The notes under the pieces were generated by a model that saw only the letters and a program-made list of their open reading frames with translations, had not been told where the DNA came from and ran no database searches. Shown here piece after piece: positions 44,608 through 53,745 of a stretch of 64,000 bases of DNA. The stretch's first letter is position 1. Every line of letters begins with the position of its first letter. This stretch comes from an uncultured Bradymonadales bacterium (GTDB taxonomy: Bacteria > Myxococcota_A > Bradymonadia > Bradymonadales > Bradymonadaceae), in NCBI GenBank assembly GCA_964394615.1, contig CAYMYJ010000012.1, forward strand, positions 68,223 through 132,222, read 5' to 3'. The translations under genes were made by a program, and so were the position numbers.

Positions 44608-45770
44608 CAGAACGACTCGGCGTGGGCCTGTTCGATGATTGGGCGCAACTCAAGAAGTCGCTTCCACATGCGGGCTCCGCCTTCGGCGCGTTTTTTAACG
44701 ACGCCATCCCAATACGAAAGCAATTTACCGCGGTCGTTCGGGTCGTCTTTCAAAACGACACCCAATAAATAGCCTGGGAAAAGCGACAAAACATCACGGT
44801 CGGACGAGAAATAGGCTTGCTGCAAACCAAGCGAGGACACGACCGAGACACACTCGGCGGTGCTCATGACCGTGCTTGGTTTTTCGACCGCCCAACCTTC
44901 GACACTGCGGCCGTTGCGCAGGTCACGAAACGCCGTAACCACGGCTTCCAGCACGGCATCGTCGACGCCGAGTTCTTGTTCCACACGTGCCAGATTAGCT
45001 TTCGCACGATTGGTAACCAGTGCTTTTTCTCGCTCAAATTCTGGGATCGGATGAACCAATTCGAAATTAAATCGGCGTTTAAGTGCTGCCGACATTTCGG
45101 AAACCCCGCGGTCACGAAGGTTGGCCGTTGAAATGACATTAAATCCGGGCTGTGAAAATTCGATTCGTGTGCCGTTTTCGTCGGCCAATTCTGGAACGGC
45201 GAGTCGACGGTCCGAAATGATCGAAATCAAGGCATCTTGGACTTCGGGCAGGCAGCGTGTGACTTCTTCGATTCGGACGATCGAACCATTACGCATGCCG
45301 GTCATCACAGGAGACGGCACAAGCGCTTCGGGTGTGGGGCCGCCCGCCATCAGCATGGCGTAATTCCAGCCGTAACGAAGTTGGTCTTCGGTCGTTCCCG
45401 CAGAACCTTGCACGGTCAACGCGCTGGAATGTGAAATAGCTGCTGCCAGAAGCTCCGAGAGCATCGACTTCGCCGTTCCAGGCTCACCCACAAGCAGAAG
45501 TCCGCGTTCGCTGGCGAGTGTCACGACACAGCGTTCAACGAGGTCACGTCCACCGACAAATTTCTCGGAGATTTCGAGCTGAGCGGGGCCATCATATTTG
45601 GCGCCTTTGGGCATCTTTAGTTTTTGCCCATTGCTGCCTGCAACAAAAGCGACGACGGCGCGTGGTGAGAGGCGCCAACCGGGCGGTTTGGGCCCGTCAT
45701 CCCAGGCAGCAAGGAAGCTCAGTTCTTCGGCGAATACGAGTTCAGCAGGTGGTGACTGTACGGGTTTCAT
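44607..45770 (-). CDS. MoxR-family AAA+ ATPase (YehL-like)
   Basis: Walker A LLVGEPGTAKS, Walker B/sensor region VRIEEVTRCLPEVQDALISII, sensor-1 NVISTAN. 387 aa. First gene of a three-gene minus-strand operon. Confidence 0.85.
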   Translation of the reverse strand: MKPVQSPPAELVFAEELSFLAAWDDGPKPPGWRLSPRAVVAFVAGSNGQKLKMPKGAKYDGPAQLEISEKFVGGRDLVERCVVTLASERGLLLVGEPGTAKSMLSELLAAAISHSSALTVQGSAGTTEDQLRYGWNYAMLMAGGPTPEALVPSPVMTGMRNGSIVRIEEVTRCLPEVQDALISIISDRRLAVPELADENGTRIEFSQPGFNVISTANLRDRGVSEMSAALKRRFNFELVHPIPEFEREKALVTNRAKANLARVEQELGVDDAVLEAVVTAFRDLRNGRSVEGWAVEKPSTVMSTAECVSVVSSLGLQQAYFSSDRDVLSLFPGYLLGVVLKDDPNDRGKLLSYWDGVVKKRAEGGARMWKRLLELRPIIEQAHAESF

Positions 45771-45990
45771 GCGGCGTCCATCCTCAAAAATGTATGGGAT
45801 TTCATACCGCGGATTTCAAAGGCGTGTCACCTGCGGCACGGATCAAATTCAGAAGAATTCAGGTGTGGTTATCCGACGTGGTCGAAAAGAAATCCGGCTT
45901 GGGCCGGGGGATGACGAAAATCTTGTTTGAAAGTATTGAAGTTTGCGGAAAACAAACGCATCATGGTCAGACCAATTGAGGAGGGTGTTT

Positions 45991-46413
45991 ATGAAGAAAA
46001 ACCTGTTCACGTTGATGATGTTCGTTCTCGCTTTGACACTGGTTGGAAGCGCAATTGCGCAATCCAAATCGGCCCAAACGATTAAGTTAAAAAAGCAGAA
46101 CGTGACTTTCAAAATATCTGGAAAAAGTATGAAGGGGGTGTTCATGGCAAGCAGTCCGATCTTCCGCAGTGGCGGTGACGCGTGCACCGAAGAGGGTAAG
46201 ACGACAACCCAGACGTTTAAGAAAGAAGGGACTTGCCGCAACGCACTTGGAGTTGATTATGCGTGCTCGTGCGACATCGTGATGGAGTTCATCTGCACGG
46301 ATGGGAAGCTAGTTCAATCGTCCGACTCCGCGACCAGTGTTTGCACGGCGACAGCCAAACTGGACACTGGTGTCGTGGCCCCGATGGAAACACAAATGCC
46401 TGACGGAAATTAG
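45991..46413 (+). CDS. Small secreted Cys-containing protein (hypothetical)
   Basis: Start MKKNLFTLMMFVLALTLVGSAIA (signal peptide) with GAGGAGG RBS. 140 aa with 6 Cys. Confidence 0.5.
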   Translation: MKKNLFTLMMFVLALTLVGSAIAQSKSAQTIKLKKQNVTFKISGKSMKGVFMASSPIFRSGGDACTEEGKTTTQTFKKEGTCRNALGVDYACSCDIVMEFICTDGKLVQSSDSATSVCTATAKLDTGVVAPMETQMPDGN

Positions 46414-46460
46414 CCACGGATCGATTTCAAACCGTGTCCCCGCCCAAGCGCCGCAGGTCC

Positions 46461-47231
46461 TCAAGCCGTTTCGGTCACCATTTCGCCAGTCGTGAGCGGA
46501 GGCATTTTTACGCCAAGATCCTCAGCGTAGCGCCCCCGCAAATCTTCAGCGACCGCTCGCGCGCCGCGTTCCATCAGGTCCGCATGCGTAATCGGTTCCA
46601 AGAAGCGGATTTTAACCGTCCCTCCCTTGCAGTAGAGCTTGTCTCTGGACCAAATCTCAGCAGCCCCGTCGATCACGACTGGAACAATATCGGCGCCGGC
46701 GACCTCGGCCATTCGAAAAGCGCCCATCTTAAATTCTGATGGCACACGGGAGCTCGTTCGGGTTCCTTCCGGCGCAATAAAAACGCTGAGGGACGAGTCA
46801 CGAATCCGCTTTCCAGCTTTCTCGAGGGACGCGGTGGCACGCTCCCGGTTGCTGCGGTCCAAGAGCACCAAACCCGCCAAATAGGCCGACCATCCGATGA
46901 ACGGGATGTAGATGATGGATTTTTTGACGACCGCAGTGCCGGCCGGAGTCATGATCGCGGTGATGATAAAGACATCGAGCGTCGAGGCGTGATTGAACGT
47001 AAAAACCCGGGGGGCTTTTTGCTCCAGGGCGCTGCAGTCGCCTTCGAATACGAGTTTAACCCCGGAAATTCTGAGCATCGTCTGACCCCAGAATCGAACC
47101 ATCGGACGGGTGATGCGTTCTGGGAATTTCCCGCCTGTCAGCAACATGACAAGGACAACCGCCACGGTAAAAACGGCGGAAAAACACCAGGCTAGGCTGT
47201 GTTGAATCGTTCCTCGAATAAGGCCTTTCAT
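46461..47231 (-). CDS. Lysophospholipid acyltransferase (PlsC/LPLAT family)
   Basis: H(x)4D acyltransferase motif FNHASTLD, FIAPEGTRTSS motif, and an N-terminal TM helix. Confidence 0.75.
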   Translation of the reverse strand: MKGLIRGTIQHSLAWCFSAVFTVAVVLVMLLTGGKFPERITRPMVRFWGQTMLRISGVKLVFEGDCSALEQKAPRVFTFNHASTLDVFIITAIMTPAGTAVVKKSIIYIPFIGWSAYLAGLVLLDRSNRERATASLEKAGKRIRDSSLSVFIAPEGTRTSSRVPSEFKMGAFRMAEVAGADIVPVVIDGAAEIWSRDKLYCKGGTVKIRFLEPITHADLMERGARAVAEDLRGRYAEDLGVKMPPLTTGEMVTETA

Positions 47232-47412
47232 GGGTGTTCACTTCGATAAGAGTGGAGAGGCCGGCAAGCGCGCAAATCACCAAGACCTTGGGCAGGACTC
47301 GGAAGCTTCGTCGCGGTGAGGAATGCGATACGCCGACGATATACCAATTCTGGGTGGAACAACGCAAGCCGCCCAATATGCAATGCGGGCAGGCTTTGCC
47401 CCCCGCGAACAC

Positions 47413-48474
47413 TCATTTTCCGCTCAAATTATCGTCGATGCACCGCACGTTGAGTTCCTGCGCAATGGTCCGTGAGATGGATTCGACCCATTCCACGTCA
47501 AAGAGCAGGTCAAGGCCGTCGTAAAACATGTTCATTCCGGCGTCTGGATTGAAGCCGCGCGCAACTTGGATGTTTCGGCCGTGTTTGATTTCCAGATCGA
47601 CGCCTAATTTCAGCCAGTCTTTTGAAAGCCATCCACGCACGGATTCGATGTCTTTTCGCGGAATTTCGCCGGCCTTTTTTGTCCACAGAACATCGCGGTT
47701 GAGTGACGCGACTAATTTGCCATTATGCCAAAGTCGAAATGGCGAAGCTTTCCAGACAAAGCGTCTGTGGGTGGTCATGGCCATCTCATCGTTGTTTGCC
47801 GGAGTCGGGCGTAGCACCTCGAGTTCCGGAATTTGGAGGGTCCGGATGTAGGCATCAAAAACCAAGACCAAAGACTCGGAATCGACATAGAGACTTACGC
47901 GTTCGGCGTCGCCTGATTTCCATCCGCGCACCATTAGAACTTCGCGGCCCAGGTGTCGGTAACGGTCGACGACCTCGATTGCTGTGCTTACGTCGACTGG
48001 GTCTTGTTTGGGGGCGGCGGTTATTGGGGAAACCATCCCAAGATGAGCGCGTGTGGTTTTAGAATCGCCGCGTACATGAGCAATGGCGGCTTGGATGGTG
48101 TGGAATAAGGGGCTGGCGTTTATCTGGTCGCCGATTTCGTGGGATCCAATCTCAACACTAGGGTCGAAGCCAAGTTCTATGTTCGCAGCGTCCGTTAGAA
48201 TCAGGTCGTGAACGAAGGTGTACCCCAGGAATGACCCATTCAAAACGATGACTGAGCGATGGATGATGAGCTTAAAACGTGAGCTAAGTCCGATCACAGT
48301 AAGGACAGCAAGCATCGGAATTGCCCACTGGAAAAACAAGAACATCCAATTGGTAATCACGGTGACCACCACACAGGAAAGAACACCGAACCAGCCCCAA
48401 TAAGCGCCAGTAATCACGACGTGGTCAGGCCTCCAGATTTTGACTCTAAATGAGCGCGGTCGATGGAATAACAT
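47413..48474 (-). CDS. Hypothetical membrane protein (2 N-terminal TM helices)
   Basis: ORF-track only: a hydrophobic N-terminus (WGWFGVLSCVVVTVITNWMFLFFQWAIPMLAVLTVIGL) is followed by a soluble domain with no recognised motif. Confidence 0.45.
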   Translation of the reverse strand: MLFHRPRSFRVKIWRPDHVVITGAYWGWFGVLSCVVVTVITNWMFLFFQWAIPMLAVLTVIGLSSRFKLIIHRSVIVLNGSFLGYTFVHDLILTDAANIELGFDPSVEIGSHEIGDQINASPLFHTIQAAIAHVRGDSKTTRAHLGMVSPITAAPKQDPVDVSTAIEVVDRYRHLGREVLMVRGWKSGDAERVSLYVDSESLVLVFDAYIRTLQIPELEVLRPTPANNDEMAMTTHRRFVWKASPFRLWHNGKLVASLNRDVLWTKKAGEIPRKDIESVRGWLSKDWLKLGVDLEIKHGRNIQVARGFNPDAGMNMFYDGLDLLFDVEWVESISRTIAQELNVRCIDDNLSGK

Positions 48475-48629
48475 GCCAGCTCCGGCTATGATGGTTGGTC
48501 AACCAACCAAGTGAAGATAACGTAGCCTTTTTTGTGGAGGTTTCAAGAGGGCCAGGGAGTTTTTTTACGCAAAAAAAACGGACTGCGGGGGAAATTGAGC
48601 AGGTATCGGGAATCGCAAATCGCAATGCC

Positions 48630-48691
48630 GAGCTGGAGCCCGGCGGGCCGAATCCCGGTCGAGCTGTAGCCCGGCGGACCGAATCCCGGCC
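48630..48691. repeat. Tandem direct repeat, 2 x 31 bp, intergenic
   Basis: gagctggagcccggcgggccgaatcccggtc / gagctgtagcccggcggaccgaatcccggcc (28 of 31 identical). Lies between the stop of the TSP3 gene and the start of the downstream minus-strand membrane-protein gene. Confidence 0.5.
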
Positions 48692-48712
48692 TTAGAGGAA
48701 TTTGACTGAAAA

Positions 48713-50185
48713 TCAGCGACGTCTGATGGCGATTAGGCCCATGCTGGCGAGCAAGAGCAGGAGCGGGGAATCTGCGCCGTGATCGGCGGTGGAACAGCCC
48801 CCATTCAGGTCGAAAGTGAGTGGGTCTTTTTCGTCGATTGGGTTTTCGGTTGGATCGGGTGTCTCGTCGATCGGCTCGTCGATGATTTCTTCATCGGGGA
48901 TATCACCATCTTCGTCGCAGGCCGGTCCGAATCCATCTCCGTCTTCGTCGATCTGGTCGGAATTGGCGATGAATGGGCAGTTATCCAATTCATCGATCAC
49001 ATTGTCGTTGTCGTCGTCGAGGTCGCAGATGTCACCAATGCCGTCTTCCTCGCTGTCGGCCTGTTCCGGGTTGGCGATGAATGGGCAATTATCGACCTCA
49101 TCAAGGATGCCGTCGTTGTCAGAATCATCGTCGCAGGCGTCACCGATTTGGTCCTCGTCGATGTCATTTTGGTCAGGGTTTGGGTTTTTGATGCAATTAT
49201 CGAGACTGTCTGGGACTCCGTCCTCGTCGACGTCGCTGCACACGTCGCCGATACCGTCTTGGTCGGAGTCTTTTTGGTCAGGGTTGGCAACGTCGGGACA
49301 ATTGTCGATCGAATCCACGATCCCGTCTTGATCCCGATCTTGGTCTTGTTCGGGCAGTTCGATGGCCAACCATGCGGTCGTAAAGGCAAGGCAATCTTGA
49401 ACCTGACCTTGCGACCACATCGCCTGAGTGGTTCCGGGCAGCATCAACGAATTCACGTCAAATTGCAGGTCGTCCCACATCGGCCCGTCGATCCCCGCGA
49501 AGGCGTTTGTGGCGATCGTGGACCCCATGAATGTCAACGGACCGTCGGGTCGGTCTTCACCATCGCCGACCATCAACCCAAACGTGCTTTTGTTGGGGAT
49601 GACAGGAACGTCTAACGATTCAAAAATTGAAGAGGTGACATCGCCCATATTGGACGCCGCTCGCGCGCCGTCGTGAACGATGATTTGGGTTGTGTGGGTG
49701 GCGGTCAAATCCTGATAGATGACCATTATCGATACGCCATTGGCGTCGCCCACGGCCGTGGCAGCACTGAGCAATTCGCTGATCTTGAAGACGCCATTCC
49801 CAGGCACCAACTGAGTCACATCTGCCCGATATGAATACGTTGCGTCTCCGCCCCAGCAAGAGGGGCCAGCTTTGCCGATTCGAGTTCCAATGACTCGCGT
49901 GCCATTCATGTTGACCGTGCTGTCTTCAAGGCCCTGAATCGACCAATACAAAAAGGCGTGAAGTACGGTTGCGTTCGTAGGCACGTCGGAAATTATAATG
50001 TCGTTGGACAGGACCGGGAGTCGCGAGCGGCCGGCAAAACCGACCCCAGCCGTGGTGATGCCGCCTCCAGGGATGATGTCGCGGAACGACTCCGCTAAGA
50101 CTTCGTCGCCATCGGCCCACGCGGTTGATGAAAACGAAATCGAGGCTAAAGCTGCAAGAATAATAATCGATTTATTTACATTCAT
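48713..50185 (-). CDS. Secreted thrombospondin-type-3 (Ca-binding) repeat protein with MYXO-CTERM-like sorting signal
   Basis: Signal peptide MNVNKSIIILAALASISFSSTAWA. At least 6 repeats of DxDxDGxxDxxDNCPxxxNPDQxD type. C-terminus GGCSTADHGADSPLLLLLASMGLIAIRRR (GC motif, hydrophobic helix, RRR). Confidence 0.7.
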   Translation of the reverse strand: MNVNKSIIILAALASISFSSTAWADGDEVLAESFRDIIPGGGITTAGVGFAGRSRLPVLSNDIIISDVPTNATVLHAFLYWSIQGLEDSTVNMNGTRVIGTRIGKAGPSCWGGDATYSYRADVTQLVPGNGVFKISELLSAATAVGDANGVSIMVIYQDLTATHTTQIIVHDGARAASNMGDVTSSIFESLDVPVIPNKSTFGLMVGDGEDRPDGPLTFMGSTIATNAFAGIDGPMWDDLQFDVNSLMLPGTTQAMWSQGQVQDCLAFTTAWLAIELPEQDQDRDQDGIVDSIDNCPDVANPDQKDSDQDGIGDVCSDVDEDGVPDSLDNCIKNPNPDQNDIDEDQIGDACDDDSDNDGILDEVDNCPFIANPEQADSEEDGIGDICDLDDDNDNVIDELDNCPFIANSDQIDEDGDGFGPACDEDGDIPDEEIIDEPIDETPDPTENPIDEKDPLTFDLNGGCSTADHGADSPLLLLLASMGLIAIRRR

Positions 50186-50368
50186 TTTTTTCTCTCTCGG
50201 TCGTTGTTGCGAAAGTCTCGCAGCGACGAAGCAAGAACCGGGTTCTTGAAGTCATGAAACCGTAGTCTACGAGAGACACGATCGTGATACGACCGCGCTT
50301 GGTGACCGTTTTGTGCAGTTTTGTAGACGATTCTTCTGGTTCGAGTTCGTTGGCGTCATGCCCAGGGG

Positions 50369-50764
50369 CTATTTGTTCCACGGCTTGAACGATTTGAGTT
50401 CGTGGGGAGCCGGGAAATGCCCGTCAAATCCAATGGCGCGGTCGTCAATAATCACAAACCAGTCGGGTTTCCCCGACGCAAATTTGATGCGCTTCAGGTA
50501 GCGCTCAGCCATGCCGTTATTGATGAACCATTGGGTCATGGCGCCGATGCCACCTGATTTTGGATCTGTGCAGCGTCTGGAATAGATATGGACTTCAAAA
50601 TGACCCGATTGAAGTAAGGTCGTGAGCCATTGCACCGCGTTTCGACCCGATTCGCTGTCGACGACAGGCCCATCGGTGATTTCGCTTGGGACGGTGTAGC
50701 GCGACTCGTATTTATGCAGAACACCGTCAAAATCCACGAAAATCTTCTTGATCGCTTCGGCCAT
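50369..50764 (-). CDS. HAD-like hydrolase (small 5'-nucleotidase-like)
   Basis: FVDFDGVL (HAD motif I DxDGxL). AGGAG RBS upstream of MAEAIKK. ~131 aa. Confidence 0.55.
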   Translation of the reverse strand: MAEAIKKIFVDFDGVLHKYESRYTVPSEITDGPVVDSESGRNAVQWLTTLLQSGHFEVHIYSRRCTDPKSGGIGAMTQWFINNGMAERYLKRIKFASGKPDWFVIIDDRAIGFDGHFPAPHELKSFKPWNK

Positions 50765-50837
50765 ATGGGCTCCTAGAAAATCCATTTGTAGCCGTCTTGG
50801 ATTCGAGTGGCGAGGCGTTTGTGGTATCAGGTTCGGG

Positions 50838-51437
50838 ATGGGCATTTTTTCAGCAAAAGTCTACGACTGGGTCATGTCAGGCACCGAAGAAGCCTGCCTC
50901 GCCGATTGGCGTGCGGAAGTGCTCGCCGGCGCCCAAGGCAAGGTGTTGGAAATCGGTGCGGGAACGGGGGCCAATATCCCCTATTATCCCGAAGGTGTTG
51001 AACTTCATCTTTTTGAGCCCGACGAAGGCATGCGGGCCCAAATGCGGGTTAAATTTCCCGAGGCGAACGCTCTTGGTGGAAGCGGCGATCATCTGCCTTT
51101 CGAGGACGCCACCTTTGACACCGTGGTGTCGACTCTGGTGCTGTGTTCAGTCCCAGAACAGGCGACTTCATTGCGTGAGATCCGGCGTGTCCTGCGGCCG
51201 GGCGGAGCGCTGCTTTTCATCGAGCACGTCGCCTCCGAGGATCCCGTTCGATTGAAATGGCAGCGCCGTTGGGACCCTTTATGGTGCCGTGCAGCGGGCG
51301 GTTGTCATACGTGTCGTGATACCGAGTCGGCCATCCTTGAGGCAGGTTTTCGAATCGAAGACATCACCCGGCAGAGCATGCGCAAAGCCGTGTCGATCGT
51401 GCGTCCAACGATTCGCGGCATTGCACGCCGTGATTGA
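50838..51437 (+). CDS. Class I SAM-dependent methyltransferase (Methyltransf_11-like)
   Basis: Motif I VLEIGAGTGAN, post-I acidic residue, and motif LRPGGALLFIEH. Confidence 0.75.
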   Translation: MGIFSAKVYDWVMSGTEEACLADWRAEVLAGAQGKVLEIGAGTGANIPYYPEGVELHLFEPDEGMRAQMRVKFPEANALGGSGDHLPFEDATFDTVVSTLVLCSVPEQATSLREIRRVLRPGGALLFIEHVASEDPVRLKWQRRWDPLWCRAAGGCHTCRDTESAILEAGFRIEDITRQSMRKAVSIVRPTIRGIARRD

Positions 51438-51487
51438 CCCGATTGTGCCCGGGTGCTTGAATGCACGGCACGGTTTGGGAGCGAAAA

Positions 51488-52465
51488 ATGAACACAAAGC
51501 AAAAACGACTCGGAGCGGCCATTGTCGCGATTTTGGCCATTATTGTGGTTGTTGTAGCCACCGATGACGGTGGATTGGTCACGCTCGGTCGTTGCGCAAT
51601 CGGTGACGGTTTGTACGTCCGTCCAAATCCCGCCATCGATTTTGTGGGTGATTTCTACGGGCTGAAATTCAAAGGCAACACCGAAAACCTCATCGACATG
51701 GAAGTCCACGGATTTGGAGGCTTCGAAAAACCGATTCTTCAACTCATGGAAGATTCGTTGGCGATCATGGCCCCAGCAGGCGAGGGCGTGGTGTTGGATG
51801 TGGGAGCCAACGTGGGACAACACTCGATGTTCATGTCTCGCACAGCCAAGGTCGTTCATTCGGTGGAGCCGTTTCCCCCGGTCTCAGCTCGCATGAACGA
51901 AATGTTGGAACTCAACAAAATCAAGAACGTGGTGCTGCATCCGGTCGGGTATTCGAATCAAAATGGTTCGCTGCCGTTCACACCCCCCGATGAGGAAAAT
52001 CACGGCATCGGGACGTTTTCTGCTGACCGTCGAGCGGGCGCCAAAAAACAGATCGAATTGCCTCTGTTAAGAGGAGACGACGATTTGGCGAACACGGGCG
52101 TGACGCATGTTGATTTGGTGAAATTGGATATCGAAGGTTACGAGAAATTCGCCCTCGAAGGTCTTGCGAAGACGATGAAAGCCAACCGACCCGCCGTGGT
52201 GATGGAGCTGAACTGCACCAACCAGGAAGGCTTTCATAACGCCGAAGATTTGAAGAATGCCTTTCCAGAGAATTACGTGTTTTATGACATCGTCCAGCGA
52301 CGCGATTATAAATGGTCGCTGGGCGGTAAAGACATCATGTGTGGCCGCTCACACGGCGAGTATTGGTTGGTGCCGTTCGATATGCGTTTCGACGAAGATT
52401 CGCGGAATATCTTGGCGATTCCAGCCGAGAAAAAGGACAAACTCTCGCTCTATCGTGACAAATGA
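51488..52465 (+). CDS. FkbM-family methyltransferase with N-terminal TM anchor
   Basis: VVLDVGANVGQHS, typical of FkbM. N-terminal hydrophobic LGAAIVAILAIIVVVVA. Confidence 0.65.
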   Translation: MNTKQKRLGAAIVAILAIIVVVVATDDGGLVTLGRCAIGDGLYVRPNPAIDFVGDFYGLKFKGNTENLIDMEVHGFGGFEKPILQLMEDSLAIMAPAGEGVVLDVGANVGQHSMFMSRTAKVVHSVEPFPPVSARMNEMLELNKIKNVVLHPVGYSNQNGSLPFTPPDEENHGIGTFSADRRAGAKKQIELPLLRGDDDLANTGVTHVDLVKLDIEGYEKFALEGLAKTMKANRPAVVMELNCTNQEGFHNAEDLKNAFPENYVFYDIVQRRDYKWSLGGKDIMCGRSHGEYWLVPFDMRFDEDSRNILAIPAEKKDKLSLYRDK

Positions 52466-53745
52466 CGACACAAGGCCACCTAGGGTTATGGTCGGGCGTG
52501 GGGCTGGTTGTGGCAAATATGGTGGGAGCCGGAGTGTTCTTATCGGGCGGCTTCATGAGCCAGTCGATGACCCCCTCCGAGATCCTCTGGTCTTGGGTTT
52601 TTGGAGCCGCAATCGCGTTGTGCGGGGCTTACGCTTACTCAGCCATTGCGACCCAAAATACTTCGTCAGGCGGCGAGTATCGTTATCTTCACGACCACCT
52701 TCATCCATTTTTGGGATACGTGTCGGGTTGGGCTTCGTTGTTGATTGGTTTTTCTGCAACAATTGCCATTGATGCTTACGCCGCTGGCGCATTTTTGCAG
52801 CGGGTTTGGGGCGGTGTAAATCCCAAGGTTATTGGGTTTTCGCTCTTGGTCGCTCTGACTGTTTTGCACGCGGTTCGGCTGAATTCGTCGAGGCTTGCTC
52901 AAAACGCACTGGTGTTGCTGAAAGTCGGTCTGGTTGGCGCGTTTGTCAGCGTTGGGCTTGTTGCTGGTTCGCATATTTGGCCGACCTGGACGCCACCTTC
53001 GGTTGCTGACGATGTGTTTTCGAATTTTGCGACCAATCAATATTGGATCGCATTTGCGTTCAGTGGATGGAATGCCAGCATCTACATTGCGCATGAGTTT
53101 AAAAAACCTGAGCGCGACGTGCCGCGAGCCATGTTGATTGGTTGCGGATTGGTCGGTTTATTATATCTGGTTATCAACTGGATTGTGGTTGCGAATCTCG
53201 ATCCTGGCACCGCCATTGGCGTAGCTGCTTACGATTCTGAAAAAGTTACATTGGCGCACCTCGTGATGCAGAAGATTCTTGGGGTGCATGCCGCGCAGGC
53301 CGTTTCTATTGCTGCGTTTGCGGTGTTCACGTCAGCCATGAGTGCCATGGTGATGCTAGGGCCACGAGTCTACGCCGCGATGGCGGATGATGGTTTTTTG
53401 CCAAAGGTCTTGAAGAGCCAGGACGGAAAGCCACCTGTGGCAGGATTGGCGCTTCAATTTGTGATTGCGGCGGGGCTTTTAATGGGCCCATCTATTTTGG
53501 AGATTGTCTCCAGTGCTTCGATCGTCTTGATGATTTCTTCGGCGTTGACCGCGTCGATTTTGGTGTTCGGTCGGATTCAATCGACCGTGATTCAACGCAT
53601 TGCCGCGGTATTGTATGTGGGCGGCTGCATTATGATTTTGACGTTCGGGATGTGGAGTCAAACCGCGTTGACGGTCTTGGCTGTGATCCTATTTGTTTCG
53701 ATGTTTGGATACTTTTCGACCGCCGCGAAACGGGCGTCGAACTAG
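52462..53745 (+). CDS. APC-superfamily amino-acid permease
   Basis: 12-TM pattern, N-terminal GVGLVVANMVGAGVF, 427 aa. Overlaps the preceding gene's stop. Confidence 0.8.
   Translation: MTTQGHLGLWSGVGLVVANMVGAGVFLSGGFMSQSMTPSEILWSWVFGAAIALCGAYAYSAIATQNTSSGGEYRYLHDHLHPFLGYVSGWASLLIGFSATIAIDAYAAGAFLQRVWGGVNPKVIGFSLLVALTVLHAVRLNSSRLAQNALVLLKVGLVGAFVSVGLVAGSHIWPTWTPPSVADDVFSNFATNQYWIAFAFSGWNASIYIAHEFKKPERDVPRAMLIGCGLVGLLYLVINWIVVANLDPGTAIGVAAYDSEKVTLAHLVMQKILGVHAAQAVSIAAFAVFTSAMSAMVMLGPRVYAAMADDGFLPKVLKSQDGKPPVAGLALQFVIAAGLLMGPSILEIVSSASIVLMISSALTASILVFGRIQSTVIQRIAAVLYVGGCIMILTFGMWSQTALTVLAVILFVSMFGYFSTAAKRASN

Noticed and set aside
48779-49615. 278-aa plus-strand ORF and periodic DNA repeats opposite the TSP3-repeat gene, which superficially resemble a repeat array
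   Set aside because: The periodicity comes from the protein-coding thrombospondin type-3 repeats on the minus strand. There are no unique spacers of uniform length, so this is not a CRISPR array, and the plus ORF is a shadow.
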